A DNA stretch of 64,000 bases from an uncultured Gemmataceae bacterium (GCA_963750165.1 CAVVPN010000004.1:1276910-1340909); one strand, 5' to 3'; shown: positions 20,694 to 32,663, counted from the first letter of the stretch. The notes: generated from the letters alone by a model not told the origin. Made by a program: numbers and translations.

Positions 20694-20876
20694 CGGCACC
20701 TGACGGTTGAGGGTTGTCCGTTGCCGGGGCGCCGCGGCGGCCCGGTTAAGGTATTATACGAAGTGAGGCCGTCGCAGCGGCCTTCCCTGCTCCCTCCCAG
20801 GGAGCCGGGGGCACACGGTCAGTATCACGCAACGCCGCGGACCCGGTTCGCGCAGTCCTTCGGAAACGGTGTGACG

Positions 20877-21368
20877 ATGACAGGGCTGACGACCGCCGAC
20901 CTCGCTCGGGCCTGCCGAATATTCCTGACGCTGGCCTACCCCGCGGGGGAGTGCTCCATCCCCGAGAAGCGGCGGCCTTACCTGCACGTGATCGAGGAGG
21001 CGCCGGTCGAAGCCTACCTGCCGCCCGCCGCGGTGGCGCTCGGCATCGGTCAGGTGTTGAAGCACCCCGACGGGACAGTTCTCGGCTACACCCTGCGCCT
21101 GGGCAGCGCCGGCTTTCCGCACCTCAAACTCCAGTTCACCGACTACGACCACGGCACCGCCTGGGTGTTCACGGTGGACACGCACGACGCCTTCCCGCGC
21201 GAGTTGCTGGTGGAGGGCAGCGCCGAGCAACGGGCGTGGGCGGAATTGCAGATGAACAACCGCCGCTTGAAGGAGGAGATTGAGCGGGCCTGGGAGCAGG
21301 CGGGGCTGTGGACGTTTCATCGGCTGTTACAACAGGGGTTGGAGGGGCCGCCCGCGACCGCCACGTGA
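20877..21368 (+). CDS. Hypothetical protein
   Basis: Protein-like composition (LRLGSAGFPHLKL, VDTHD); fills the gap between opposite-strand genes. Confidence 0.6.
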   Translation: MTGLTTADLARACRIFLTLAYPAGECSIPEKRRPYLHVIEEAPVEAYLPPAAVALGIGQVLKHPDGTVLGYTLRLGSAGFPHLKLQFTDYDHGTAWVFTVDTHDAFPRELLVEGSAEQRAWAELQMNNRRLKEEIERAWEQAGLWTFHRLLQQGLEGPPATAT

Positions 21369-21393
21369 GGACTGCGGGAAGCGGCCAGTGCTA

Positions 21394-21454
21394 AACGTGG
21401 GGCAGGCTTTCCAGCCTGCCCCACATCAAGTGGCAGGAATGTCTGCTCCACGTT
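21394..21454. repeat. REP-like doublet (GTGGGGCAGGCTTTCCAGCCTGCC type)
   Basis: Palindromic; related copy at 26885-26941. Confidence 0.7.
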
Positions 21455-21478
21455 GAATGCGCGAAACGTAAACGGGGT

Positions 21479-23812
21479 TCATCTGGCGCGGTTGGACGGC
21501 ACGCGATCCAGCACAGCGCCGACCGCTCCTGGCCCGACCGACGCCGCGAAGCCCACCGGCGTCGCGCGGATCGAAGAAGCTCGGCGACACGGTCTCCGGG
21601 TCGGGTGGCGTTTTCGGCCAGGCGTCCGGCAGCACGCGCGAGTACGGCCCCGGCTCCAACATGTCCCATCCGGTGTATACGCAGTTCATCGACTTCCAGC
21701 TCACTTTTTCCACGTCCTTCGGGTCGGGCAGGGCGAGGAAGTCGCCGCGCGGCAGCGGGCCACAGCGCGCCACCAGCGCGTCCCAGCCGAGGCCCTGCAA
21801 GCGCGGCAGTCCCACCTGACCCACGTCCGGCCGCAGCCGCAGAAACGCCCGGCCCGCGACCAGCGTGGACCGAATTACACGCAGCGTCACTGGCGCCTGA
21901 TCGGGGCCGCTCACGTCCACCAGGGGCGACCCCTCGGTGTAGAACAGGCAACCGTCGAACAGCACTTCCGCCGCGGTCCCGGCCACGCGCACCGCCGTCA
22001 GGTTGACGCCACGGCCGAGACAGCGCCCCAGCCGCGCCTTCGCGGCGCCCTGCAGCCGCACGACCACCAGCCCTCGCGCTGGTTCACTGGCGCAGGAAAC
22101 ACTGCACCCGCGCAGCGAAAGCGCCGTCGCTCACCCGGCACAGCACCGCCGGCTCCTTGTCGGACGCGGCGGCCTTGAACACCACGTCCAGACCGTCCAG
22201 CAGCAGTTCGCCCTGGTGAACGGTCAGCAGCGCCTGGCCCGGTGCGCTGGCGCCGTCCCACGTCAACAGCGGCCGATACCCGGCGCCCGCCCGCAGCAGC
22301 ACGCGCTTGCCGGTCAGCGGCGGCAGCGGCCCGATGGCCAGAGGGCCGTTGTCGCGGATTTCGATGACGGCCTGCCGATCCGCGGGGATTTTGGCCCAGG
22401 CGTCCGCCAGGGTGCGAACGGCGCTGCCGGGGCCGCGGCCGACGCGCAGGATCACGGCGTCCTTGGCCGGCTCCGGGAAATCCGCACGCGGCCCGGCGAA
22501 CTCCCGGCGCAGCGCTACCGGGTCGAACGGCGCCTCCGGCGTGAAGACGCGCGGCAGTTCCTTCTCAGGGCGCTTCACGACGGGCTCCGGCTGCTTGACC
22601 GGCTCGACCGACTTCTTGACTGGCTCGGGTGCTTTCTTCCGAACCGGCTCTGGTGCCTTCCTCGGCGGGGCGGTCACCGCTACCGGTTCCGGTTCCGTCG
22701 CCTCCTCTGCCGGCGGTGTCAGCGTGGAGAAGTGCCACCACACGGCGCCGGTGAGCGCCAGTGCCGCCGCCAGGGCGGCGCCGTCCGTCAGCCAGCGCCA
22801 CCCGCGCCGCCGAGGCGGGGTCGGGCGGGTCGCGGCCGCCGCCTGGGGCTGCGGTTGGGCGGCGCAGCTTCGGGGCGGTGGTGCGCGGCACCTTGAGCTG
22901 GCTGCTCGACTTCACCGCGACGAGAATGCCGACGCGCGGCCCCTCGGCGGACTCGACGGCGGCGGGCGGGGTTTCCAGGGCGTCGAGCAATTCCTGCGGC
23001 GACTGGTAGCGATCAGCGGGGTCCTTGCGGAGCAGGCGGCGCAGCACGGCGACGAGGTCGGCCGGCACCTCGGGCCGTCGTGCGGAGATGTCAGCCGGCT
23101 CGTCCTCGGCGTGCTTGTAGACGCGCTCCGACAGGCTGCCGTCGGGGAACGGGGCGTGGCCGGCGAGCATGTGGTACAGCGTGCAGCCGAGCGCGTACAG
23201 GTCGCTGCGGATGTCGGCCCGACCGCTGTCGCGAGCCTGTTCGGGGGCCATGTAGTCGATGGTGCCGACCGTCCGGCCAGCGCGAGTGACGCGGAACTCG
23301 TTGTCGCGGTGCGCCCGGGCCAGGCCGAGGTCGGTCAGCTTGACCACCAGCCGGCCGTCCGGGTGCGCGATGAGGAAGTTGGCGGGCTTGATGTCGCGAT
23401 GAACGAGGCCCTGCTCGTGGAAGTGCGCCAGTGCCCGCGCCGCCTGGGTGAGAATGTCGCGGGCCTCGTCCGGCTCCAGCGGGCCGCGGCGCGCGACGTA
23501 GTGGTGCAGGTCGATACCATCGACGTATTCGAGCGCCAGGAACAGCAGGTCGTTGATTTCGCCGACTTCGTAGAGGGCGACGATGTTTTCATGGCTGAGC
23601 TGGGCGGCGGCGCGGGCCTCGCGCTTGAAGCGCTCGCGCAGGGCGGGTTTGGCGGCCAGCTCCGGCGGCAGGATTTTCAGCGCGACCTCACGGCCGGTTT
23701 CGGTGTCGCGCGCCCGGTAGACCGCGCCCATGCCGCCCGTGGCGAGGTGCGCCAGGACCTCGAACTTGCCGAACCGGCCGCGCGCGCCCTGGCCTGGCGT
23801 TCCGGTTGCCAT
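21479..23812 (-). CDS. Membrane-anchored Ser/Thr kinase with extracytoplasmic domain; several frameshifts; end approximate
   Basis: ATGGMGAVY, VALK, HRDIKPAN, DLGLA, GTIDYMAPEQ; then TM, Pro/Lys linker and a beta-rich domain. Confidence 0.8.
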
Positions 23813-23911
23813 GAAGACCTCTCGACTGCGCCGACGAGACGTTTGAAATGGGCTGCAGTTATTGTAAGGACGACGCGGTGAAGGCGTCAACGCGGCAGAT
23901 GTGGCGGGCCG

Positions 23912-25535
23912 CTACTCAAACACCGCGCCGACCTCAAACCAACCATCGCTGCACGGCCGGCCGCGCACCACGTGCGCCAGCGCCGCCAGTTCGGCCACGT
24001 CGGGCTGGTCGGGCCACTGCACGTACACGTCGCGCCCCGCCAGCAGCCGCGGCACGTACAGACCGACACCGCCCCGGGAGATGTCCTTGGCGACGCCCTC
24101 AACGACGGCGCTCAGCCGCTGACCGCCTTCGACGACCGGGTGCAACCGCAGTGGCTGGTGCCAGCGCAGCCGGTCCTGGCGGCGCTGCTCGGCCTCAACC
24201 TGCAGGTGTTCGCGCACGCTCTCCAGCAACCGTGGACCCCACTCGGCCAGCAGTCGCACGGCCTCGGGGTCGCCGCGGCAGCCGAACGGCGTCAGCGACA
24301 CCTGGATGCGCTGCAACGGCTCCGCCTGGGGGACCGGCGTCAGATGCAGATGCATTTCCAGGCCGAAGCTGCGGCCGGACCAGCTCGTCCAGCCGTGCCG
24401 GCCCAGCGGCAACGCGAACCGGAACTCGTCCCGGTCCAGGTGCAGCGCCCGGCCGCACCAGTGCTGACGGAACGCCTCCAGCTTGAGCCCCGCCGCTCCG
24501 GGATACAGTCGGGCCGCGCACTGGTGCTCCAGCCGCTCGCCCGGTTTCAACCGGTAACGCAGGGGCGTCAGCACTTCCACGCCCAGGCCGCCGCCGGCCC
24601 GCGTCCACAACCGCTGCGGCAACGGCTCGCCGACCTGCTGGACGGCCGGCACGGGTTCGCCGCCAGACACCACGATTAGCGCCGCCAGCGGCGGCGCCGG
24701 CGCTGGCGGCGATACGTCTGCCAGGGCCTGGATCAGTTCCGGGGCGCTGGCGAAGCGGCGCTGCGGATGCGGGTCGAGCGCCCGGGCGAGGATGGGGCGG
24801 TCGGGGCCGGCCAGGGCGTCCAGCCGCGGCGGCCGCGGCTCGCGCAGCAGCCGCACCCGCGCGCCGCCCCGCGCACCGGGTGTTCACCGAGCAGCATTTC
24901 CGCGAAGATCAGGGCCAGGCTGTACTGGTCGCAGTGGGGGCTGAGCCGGCCGTCGTGCAGCTCGCGCGCGGCGTAGTCGATGTGCAGGTGCGCCAGGGGC
25001 ACGCGCACCGGCAGCCAGAGCAGTTGCGCCAGGCCAAACCCTTCCAGCTGCAAGCCCTGGGGCCGCAGCAGCAGGTTGGCCGGCGACAGGTTGAGGTGCT
25101 GTATGTGGTGGCCGCGCTGGAGCGTGGCCAGGGCCTGGGCGGCGTGGCGGAGGTGGTCGAGCAGTTCAGCGCGCGGCACACCAGGCAGGCCCTGGGCGCG
25201 GCACTCCCGGAAGCGGTCCAGCAACGTGGCCTCCCAGGGGTCGCTCAGCAGCACGGTCTGGCCGGCGCTGACGCGCACCGCCTGCAGGCGCGGCAGGGCA
25301 CGGTCGGTCACGGCCAGCAGGTGGTCGAGCCAGCAGTCGTCCACGTTGGCGCCGACGCCGAGCAGCAGCTGGGCGACGCGCGGCTGGCCGTCCGGGCGCG
25401 GACGCGCCACACTTCGCGCAAGGGGCTGCGTTCCAGGCAGCGCCCGAACTCGAAGGCCGCCAGCACTTCGCGCAGCAGCAGCGGGGCTGTCTCGAGGGGT
25501 GGCGGGAGCAGGACGAGGTGCGTGTTTCCATCCAT
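23912..25535 (-). CDS. Degenerate kinase-like domain fused to a C-terminal PilZ domain; frameshifted
   Basis: QHLNLSPANLLL, GFGLA, DYAARE, CDQYSLALIF; C-terminal RRQDR and DISRGG. Confidence 0.7.
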
Positions 25536-25747
25536 GTTGGTGACGGTTCCAGGGCACAGCGGGGATCGGCGGAACTGGCGAACAGGACAGCCGCTGCGCA
25601 AGGGTAGGTCATCCCGGAGCACCTGTCCAGGAAATGCGGCCGCGGTGTGCTTGCTCATTCCGGCTGCTCTTGTCCCGGCGCCGCCGCGCGGGTATAGGGC
25701 CCTCCTCGAACGGATGCAAGCGCCCAAGGAAAGAGGAGGGTACGCCG

Positions 25748-26881
25748 ATGTGGAAACGGTTGCAGGCACTGTGGCCCGGCCGTGCGGTGCTGGGCCGGCT
25801 GGTGCGGTGGCCCGGCCGGGCGACGCTGGGCAAGATGATTTGGGTTGGCGGCGTGGTGTTCGCCGGCGTCCTGGCGTTCTTCTGGGGCTACCGCAGCGCC
25901 CTGTCGCAGGCGCCCACCCCCCGCCCCACCGGGCCGATGGGCGTCCCGCAGAACGTGCAGATGGCTCCGGGCGGCAATCCCAGTGACCTGCGCGTGGTGG
26001 CGTACCTGCGCGGCTACGGCAACATGCCCATCACGCGCGAGGAGCTGGGCGAGTACCTGATCACCCGCCTCGGCGCCGAGCGGCTGCAGTACCTGATTAA
26101 CCGCAAGGTCATCGACCTGGTCTGCGCCCAGCGCGGCATCGTCATCAGCGACGCGGAGATCGACGCCCAGTTTCAGGACGACCTGAAGGGCTTCAACGTC
26201 TCCGAGAAGGACTTCGTCAATGTCCTGCTCAAGCGCCGCGGTCAGTCGCTCTTCGAGTACAAGGAAGACGTGATCCGGCCGCGGCTGCAGATGACCCGCT
26301 TCTGCCGGGACAACGTCAAGGTCACCGACGAGGACCTGCAAAAGGGCTTCGAGGCCAAGTATGGCGACAAGGTCGAGTGCAAGATGATTGTGCTCAGCCC
26401 GGAACAGTTCCGCAACAAGGACAAGATTTACATGGATGTCCGGGACAACGACGCGGAGTTCGACAAGTGGGCCGGCCAGAGTTGCGTCCCGGCCGTCGCC
26501 TCGGCGAAGGGCAAGATTCCGCCGATCCACCGCCACTACCCGGACGAGAAAATTGAGCGAGCGGCCTTCAGCCTGCTGCCCGGCCAGGTGAGTGCAGTCA
26601 TCGAGATGCCGGACCACTGCGCCGTCATTCTCAAATGCGTCAAACAAATCTCGGGCGATAACAACATGCCCGACCTGATGAAGAACGGCGCGCTTCGCAA
26701 GCAGCTGTTCAACGAGATTTACGAGGCCAAGGTTCCCAGCGAGATTCAGCGGGTGTTCAAGCTGCTGCGGGAGCAGGCCGACCCGCAAATCTTCCTGCGC
26801 CACGACATCACGCGGCAGGAGTTCGATCGCGCCATGCAGAACAATCTCCAGACGGTGATGCCGACCGGGAAACAACCGTAA
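25748..26881 (+). CDS. SurA/PpiC-type peptidyl-prolyl isomerase / chaperone
   Basis: LQYLINRKVI, ISDAEID, IERAAFSLLPGQVSAVIE; N-terminal TM. Confidence 0.75.
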   Translation: MWKRLQALWPGRAVLGRLVRWPGRATLGKMIWVGGVVFAGVLAFFWGYRSALSQAPTPRPTGPMGVPQNVQMAPGGNPSDLRVVAYLRGYGNMPITREELGEYLITRLGAERLQYLINRKVIDLVCAQRGIVISDAEIDAQFQDDLKGFNVSEKDFVNVLLKRRGQSLFEYKEDVIRPRLQMTRFCRDNVKVTDEDLQKGFEAKYGDKVECKMIVLSPEQFRNKDKIYMDVRDNDAEFDKWAGQSCVPAVASAKGKIPPIHRHYPDEKIERAAFSLLPGQVSAVIEMPDHCAVILKCVKQISGDNNMPDLMKNGALRKQLFNEIYEAKVPSEIQRVFKLLREQADPQIFLRHDITRQEFDRAMQNNLQTVMPTGKQP

Positions 26882-26884
26882 ACG

Positions 26885-26941
26885 CGTGGGATCAGCTTCC
26901 AGCCTGTCGATCCCCATGACAGGCTGGAAGCCCATCCAACG
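26885..26941. repeat. REP-like hairpin between convergent genes
   Basis: gcttccagcctgtc...gacaggctggaagc. Confidence 0.7.
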
Positions 26942-26944
26942 AAA

Positions 26945-27508
26945 CTACTTCTTCTCTCCCAGGATCTGCGGCAGCGCTCGCAGCACCTCGGCGGCGCGGG
27001 CGTCGGTCAGTTCGCCGGGCCGAAACGCGAAGTTCGCGACCACCTTCTGCTTGACCGACAGCAGCACCACCACGTCAGCGTCGCGGCCGATGCGGTACGT
27101 CGGCGGCCCAACCACGTCCTCGAAGACGCTGATCGACATGGTGCCCAGCGCGTGCCGCTGCGCCCACTTCACCAGCTTGCCGTCCTCGGACGCCTGGTCG
27201 GCTGCCAGGATCGTCAACCAGGCCCGCAGGTCGGCGGTCTTGTGCGCCGTCACCGCCCTGTCGATCTGCTTCGCCAGTTTGCCGAGCGGCTCGCTGGCCG
27301 TCCGCGCAAAGATGATGACCGCGGGCCGGTCGGCGGTCTCGCAGATGAAGCAGTGCGACTGCCCACGCTGCGGCCCCGACACGACCACGGACGCATACGG
27401 CCCCGGACGCTGGCCCGGGTCCAGCCCCGACCGTAGCGGCGGCTGCGCCGCGGCGACCGCGGTCAGCGCCAGCACGCCGACGACCAGCAAGGTTCGGGTA
27501 CACATCAT
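26945..27508 (-). CDS. Secreted hypothetical protein (possible thioredoxin-like fold)
   Basis: Signal peptide, SGLDPG, HCFICE; ATG overlaps the upstream stop. Confidence 0.65.
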   Translation of the reverse strand: MMCTRTLLVVGVLALTAVAAAQPPLRSGLDPGQRPGPYASVVVSGPQRGQSHCFICETADRPAVIIFARTASEPLGKLAKQIDRAVTAHKTADLRAWLTILAADQASEDGKLVKWAQRHALGTMSISVFEDVVGPPTYRIGRDADVVVLLSVKQKVVANFAFRPGELTDARAAEVLRALPQILGEKK

Positions 27509-29182
27509 GGCTGTTTCTCCGTTTTCGGTTGCGCTGGTGTGGCCTGCGTCGCCGAGGTGACGACAGCGCCGCCGCGCAGCGCCGCCAGTTCCGCGGCCAG
27601 GCTCGCCGGCCTCGCCCGCCGCCAGCAGCGCGCCGCCAGTTCGGCGAAGCGCGCCGCCTCCTCGGTGCGGCCCTGGCGCTCGCACAATACCTGCATGCCC
27701 AGCGCCCCGCGGACGCTGCCCGGGTCGTGCGCCAGCGCCTCCAGGAACGCCTCCTCCGCCACGTTCGACTTGCCCGCGCAACGCCGCGGCGCCCCACCAC
27801 TCCATGTACACGGCGCCGTTGCCCCAGGAGTGATGGCGGTAGTCGTCCTTGGTGCGCTCGACCAGTTTCGCCAGCAGTTTCAGACCGCCGTCGGCCTGGC
27901 CCTGCTGGCACATGAGCATGCCCTGCGTCTCCCACAACCGCATTTCCAGCGTCTTGTCGTGCCGCTTGTCCGCGGCGTACGCCTGCTGCAGCACCGCCAC
28001 CTCCGGGGCGGCCCGCGCCGTGTCGCCCTTCCTGAGATACACCAGCGCCTTCATGTAGCTGTAGTTGAGTTTGTCCTTGCGGAACTGCTCGGCCATTTTC
28101 AGGGCGTCGTCCCAGGCTCGCTCGGCCAGGAACAGGCGGAACCACTGTTGCTTGTGGTAAATCTTGTAGCCCTCGCACTCCGCCTTGAGCTTGCGGCCCT
28201 CGTCAAAGCGGCCATCGTGGATCAGGCCGAGCAGCAGCGTTTCCAGGTGGTGGTTGAACTGCGAATCCTGGAACGGTGTGACCTTCATGTCCTTCTGATA
28301 GGCGCGGTGCAGTTCGACGGCGCGAGTGCTGCGGTCGGTGGTTTTGTCCCAGCGGCCCAGGCGCGTCGCCAGGTGGGCCTGCATGTGCCAGGCGTGCGGG
28401 ATGCCCGGCGACGATTCGATGTACTTGTCGGCGTAGGGCATGCCGAGCGCCGGCCGCTTGAAGTTCTCGTAGAAGTGGACCAGTTCGTGGTTGGCGCCGG
28501 GGTGCAGCGGGTTGAGCTTCAGCAGCGCCTTGTAGTACGGCACCGCCGATACCCGGCCGCCGAACAGGCCCGCGCCGCCGGCCAGCTGGGCGCGGGCGTA
28601 CCAGCCCTCCTCGTCGTCGTCGTAGAGTGCCAGCAGCGTGTCAATGCTCTGGATGGCGGCCGTGCGCCGCGCCTCGGTGTCGCCGCCGGCGCCGGCGACC
28701 ATGCCCTTCTCCTGCAGCCGGGCGGTGATGAGCAGCTTCTCGCGGTGGCTGCAGCGGTCGAGCAGCGCCTGGGCCTTCTTGAGCGCCTCTTTCTGGTTGC
28801 CCTTGCCGTAGCGCTCCAGCGCCCGGCTGAGCGCCCACCAGGCCATGGCGCAATCGGGGTCGAACTTCGCCGCCGTTTCGAAGCTGCGCGACGCCTCGTG
28901 CCAGACGTAGGAGTAGAAGTAGCCGAGGCCCTGGTCGAAGAAGGCCTGGCACTCCGGCGACGTGGTGCTGATACGGTACTTGACGACGCACAGGTTGGGA
29001 ATGATCTTGGCCGGCGGCAGACCGCACAACGGCAGCCTGGCCGCGCCCTTCTTGCCAGGGTTGGCTTGCGCCGGATCGGACTTCTTTTTCTTCTGCGGCG
29101 TGGGGCCGAGCGCGGCGTGCGCCGACGGCAGCGCTAGCAACAGGGCGACCAGCAACGGGATAGCGAGCCGGGGGGATCTCAT
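27505..29182 (-). CDS. Secreted TPR-repeat protein; frameshift near 27775
   Basis: CQAFFDQGL, DPDCAMAWW, HPGANHELVH, HAWHMQAH; the C-terminus continues in the 27505-27762 frame. Confidence 0.75.
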
Positions 29183-29313
29183 GGCGGCGTTCCTTCGGGT
29201 AGAGAGCGCGAAGCGGACCCGTTTATTGTGAGGGTTGCGCGGGCAACTTACCAGCGAAATCCATCGTGCCGAGGCGGGTTTTCCTCTGCGGTGCCGGCGC
29301 GGGTGTTGGGTTT

Positions 29314-29381
29314 GGGTGTAGCGGAAGTCGCCAGACTTCCGAGCAGCACCGGACGGAAGTCTGGCGACTTCCGCTACACCC
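29314..29381. repeat. GTAG-type REP doublet
   Basis: gtagcggaagtcgccagacttccg ... cggaagtctggcgacttccgctac. Confidence 0.8.
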
Positions 29382-29510
29382 CAGGGCCAACCGCACTTGC
29401 CGGATTCGCACAAGCCAGGGGTGACGAATTCTCATAAGAAGTTCGGTGTCACGACGCTCAGGAGCCATCCGTCAGGCTGCAAGCGACGGCAACCCAGGGC
29501 CGAAGTTCCC

Positions 29511-30314
29511 ATGTTGTTCTCCTGGCTCCGCACCCGACGCCGCCGCACGCTGCTAGCGCAGCCGTTCCCGCCAGACTGGCTGCCGTACCTGCAGCGCAAC
29601 GTCCCCTATTACGCCTACCTGACGCCCGTGGAACAGGCAAAGCTACGCGACGACCTGCGCGTCTTCATCGCCGAGAAGGACTGGGAAGCCATCGGCGGCC
29701 TGCACATCACCGACGAGATCAAGGTCACCGTCGCTGCCCAGGCGATGCTGCTCGTGCTGGCTATACCCCACGATTATTACGCCCGCGTGCCGTCCGTCAT
29801 TATTGCCCCGCGCGGCTACGTCGTGAAGGGCGTGCAGGTGGACGTGGGCGGCGGTCTGGTGCTGGAGGAGGACCGGGAACTCCTCGGCGAAACGATAAGC
29901 CGCGGTCCCGTCAAACTGTCCTGGTCCGATGTGCTCAAGCAGGACTCCGAACTGGGCTCCGGCAACAACCTCGTCTTCCACGAGTTCGCACATCAGCTCG
30001 ACCTGCTCGACGGCGAGATCAACGGCACGCCGCTGCTGCGCGACCGCAGGTTGGCCCGGCGCTGGCAAAAGGTGATGACGGCGGAATATGAACAGCTAGT
30101 CCGGGCAGCCGAGCGCGGCCGCGCCACCCTGCTCGACGACTACGGCGCTGACAACCCAGGCGAATTTTTTGCCGTCGCCACGGAATGCTTCTTCGACCAG
30201 CCGGTCGCGCTGAGCGAGCGGCACCCGAAGTTGTATGAGCTGCTGCGGGATTTTTTTCAGCAAGACCCCGCTGCCAGGCTGGCGGCCCGGCAACAGGGAA
30301 GTGAGTCGCCTTGA
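29511..30314 (+). CDS. Zinc peptidase M90 family (MtfA-like)
   Basis: NLVFHEFAHQLD, DYGADNPGEFFAVATECFF, FFQQDP. Confidence 0.88.
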   Translation: MLFSWLRTRRRRTLLAQPFPPDWLPYLQRNVPYYAYLTPVEQAKLRDDLRVFIAEKDWEAIGGLHITDEIKVTVAAQAMLLVLAIPHDYYARVPSVIIAPRGYVVKGVQVDVGGGLVLEEDRELLGETISRGPVKLSWSDVLKQDSELGSGNNLVFHEFAHQLDLLDGEINGTPLLRDRRLARRWQKVMTAEYEQLVRAAERGRATLLDDYGADNPGEFFAVATECFFDQPVALSERHPKLYELLRDFFQQDPAARLAARQQGSESP

Positions 30315-30332
30315 AGTGTTTACATACTGGGT

Positions 30333-30415
30333 GCGGGGAAACCTGACACGAGCCCGCAGCGCCAGCAAGGGACAAACCCTTGCTGGCGCTGCGGGCTCGT
30401 GTCAGGTTTCCCCGC
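30333..30415. repeat. Perfect 39-bp-arm inverted repeat (5-nt loop)
   Basis: gcggggaaacctgacacgagcccgcagcgccagcaaggg / exact reverse complement. Confidence 0.85.
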
Positions 30416-30440
30416 GTTGAGCAAGATAAGTTGGCAAGCG

Positions 30441-31367
30441 TCACAAGGCGTCCAGGTTGACCACCACCCCGTCAGCCCGGCCGGCGAGGTATTTCATCAG
30501 GGAGATGTTGGTGCTGTCGTAGAAGTAGCGCACCGAGCCGTCGGCGAAGCAGAAGAAGGCCCCGCCGCCGTGGTTGCTGCTAAACGACTGGTTGGCCGTG
30601 CCGTTGATGTTGTAAAGGTACCCGCCATTGCCGTCCGGGGTGTCATCGATCCACCACATCACGTCGCTGACCCAGACGGAACTGACGCTATTGTCCAGGC
30701 CGCGCATGCACGCCCAGATGCACGCCTTCTGGCCGAGGCCGGTGCCTGGGTCGTAACTCAGCCGGCACTCGCCGATGACCACGGTGTTCGAGGTGCCGTC
30801 CTTGATTTGCTGGAACCGGGTCCGGCTGTTCTGATACATCACGCCGCCCATGTCCAGGTCGGCGTAGAAGGCGGCGTTGTTGATCGGGCCCGCCACCGCC
30901 CGATAGTTCGAGGTGGCGAAGTTGTCCCGGAATGGGTTCAGTTCGGCGCCGGTGTCGGAGGGGCAACGGTAAATGGCCAGTGGGGTCTGCGTCAGCGGCG
31001 TGGCCACCGCGGTCCCCCGGCTGGGGTCGGTGGGGGCGGGGGTCGGAAACGGGCTGGCGTTCAAGCCCAGCTGGTTGTACAGGTTATCCTGCTCCATGTA
31101 GGGCAAGGTGATCGCCGCCCAGCTGTAGCCGGGGCCGTAGGAACCGGGAGCGGTCTTGTAGGCCGGCGGAAACACCTTGAAGACGCTGGCGTAGTCGTGC
31201 AAGGCCACGCCGATGTTGTGCAGGTTGTTCTCGCACTGGCTGCGGGCCGCCGCCGCGCGCACCTTCTGCACGGCGGGCAGGAGCAGGCCGATCAGGATGG
31301 CGATGATGGCGATGACCACCAGCAGTTCAATGAGCGTGAACGCTGGCCGGGTTTTCCTGGATCGCAT
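30441..31367 (-). CDS. DUF1559 prepilin-type N-terminal cleavage protein
   Basis: [52 protein letters not shown]. Confidence 0.93.
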   Translation of the reverse strand: MRSRKTRPAFTLIELLVVIAIIAILIGLLLPAVQKVRAAAARSQCENNLHNIGVALHDYASVFKVFPPAYKTAPGSYGPGYSWAAITLPYMEQDNLYNQLGLNASPFPTPAPTDPSRGTAVATPLTQTPLAIYRCPSDTGAELNPFRDNFATSNYRAVAGPINNAAFYADLDMGGVMYQNSRTRFQQIKDGTSNTVVIGECRLSYDPGTGLGQKACIWACMRGLDNSVSSVWVSDVMWWIDDTPDGNGGYLYNINGTANQSFSSNHGGGAFFCFADGSVRYFYDSTNISLMKYLAGRADGVVVNLDAL

Positions 31368-31409
31368 GTGGGGTACTCCCAACAGTCGAGGGCTGGACCT
31401 GGGCAGCAG

Positions 31410-31568
31410 TCAAGCAGCCTGTTTCTTCTTCTTTGGCGCATCCTTGGGGGGAGCCTGATCCTTGGTCGGGGCCGGCGACTGCTCATTTTTCTTGGTTTCA
31501 GAGCCACAACCGACCGTGCCCGCGAGGAGCACGGCCAGGATCAGCCACCAGCTCAGCAAACGCATCAT
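31410..31568 (-). CDS. Small lipoprotein
   Basis: Hydrophobic signal ending TVGC, short Lys/Pro-rich tail, between two DUF1559 genes. Confidence 0.6.
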   Translation of the reverse strand: MMRLLSWWLILAVLLAGTVGCGSETKKNEQSPAPTKDQAPPKDAPKKKKQAA

Positions 31569-31670
31569 GAGTAAGGTTCCTGGTGTCGGGTTCCATTTCC
31601 CGCGTTGCGCCACGACGCGCAGCGCTCCGCTGCGCGTCGCGGCGAAACTTCCGTTCTCCCAACGGAGCGA

Positions 31671-32663
31671 TTACCAATCGTTGCCGGGAATGTCGTTGCC
31701 GGCGGGCGTGCAGAGTGCCAGGAAGGTGTTGAGCGACATCCCCGCATCGACCGTGCGCACACTGCCATCGCCCATCAAGAGATTCATGTTCCCGGTGTGC
31801 GGCGAGTTGAGGGCCTGGTAGTCGCAATTCCCAGGGCTGGGATTGAACTGGGGGAGCGCGGTCTCCCAGTAGGTGCTGAAGAACGGATACTGGGCATTCC
31901 CGGACTGCCCGACCGGCTCACTCCAGGACCAGAACGTGGCACGCACCTGTCCGTCGCCGATGGCGGCGAGATTGGTGCCATCACAATACTGCAAGCGTTC
32001 GCCGAAGAAGATCGTGTTCGACAGGCCATCCCGGATTTGATTAAAGGTCATCGCGTTGTTGGGATAGCCAACCCAGCCGGTACCAAAGGAGTAGGGCAAA
32101 GCGAACACCATGGCGTTGCACGCATAGCTGGTCGGCGCAAAGGAGTCGCCGGCATCGCCCGGGTTCAGACTGGCAGCGACGGGATTGGCCATGACCGTGC
32201 CAGCGCCGTTGGAGCTGTCGGAAGGACACATGTATGCCGGGATCAACCTCAACCCCACGAAGTTCGCCGTGCCCAGGCCCGACTCGCCGCTGTAGTAGGG
32301 GCCGCCCGGGTTGTCGCCGTACAGGTTGGCAAAGTTCGGGCCGGGCAACAGCGAGCTGGTGTAGAGGTTCTGCTGCTCAATGAAGGGGAGCAGATGGAAC
32401 ATCTGGGTGCCAAAGCCTGCGCCTTTGGCGGGCGTGTTGCCCGGGAACCAACCGTAGGAAGGGGGCAGCGTCTTGTAGACGCCGTGCAAGTTGTGGCAGG
32501 CATCCCCGAGCTGGTGCAGGTTGTTCTGGCAGGTGGCGCGGGCCGCGGCTTCGCGGACCTTCTGCACTGCCGGCAACAGCAGGCCGATCAGGATGGCAAT
32601 GATGGCGATGACCACCAGCAGTTCAATCAGCGTGAACGCCGGCCGGGTTTTCCAGGATCGCAT
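31671..32663 (-). CDS. DUF1559 prepilin-type N-terminal cleavage protein
   Basis: [10 protein letters not shown]..., [23 protein letters not shown]. Confidence 0.93.
   Translation of the reverse strand: MRSWKTRPAFTLIELLVVIAIIAILIGLLLPAVQKVREAAARATCQNNLHQLGDACHNLHGVYKTLPPSYGWFPGNTPAKGAGFGTQMFHLLPFIEQQNLYTSSLLPGPNFANLYGDNPGGPYYSGESGLGTANFVGLRLIPAYMCPSDSSNGAGTVMANPVAASLNPGDAGDSFAPTSYACNAMVFALPYSFGTGWVGYPNNAMTFNQIRDGLSNTIFFGERLQYCDGTNLAAIGDGQVRATFWSWSEPVGQSGNAQYPFFSTYWETALPQFNPSPGNCDYQALNSPHTGNMNLLMGDGSVRTVDAGMSLNTFLALCTPAGNDIPGNDW

Noticed and set aside
26945..29413. 822-aa TPR fusion protein
   Set aside because: Frameshift artefact; the downstream part has its own signal peptide and an ATGA-coupled start.
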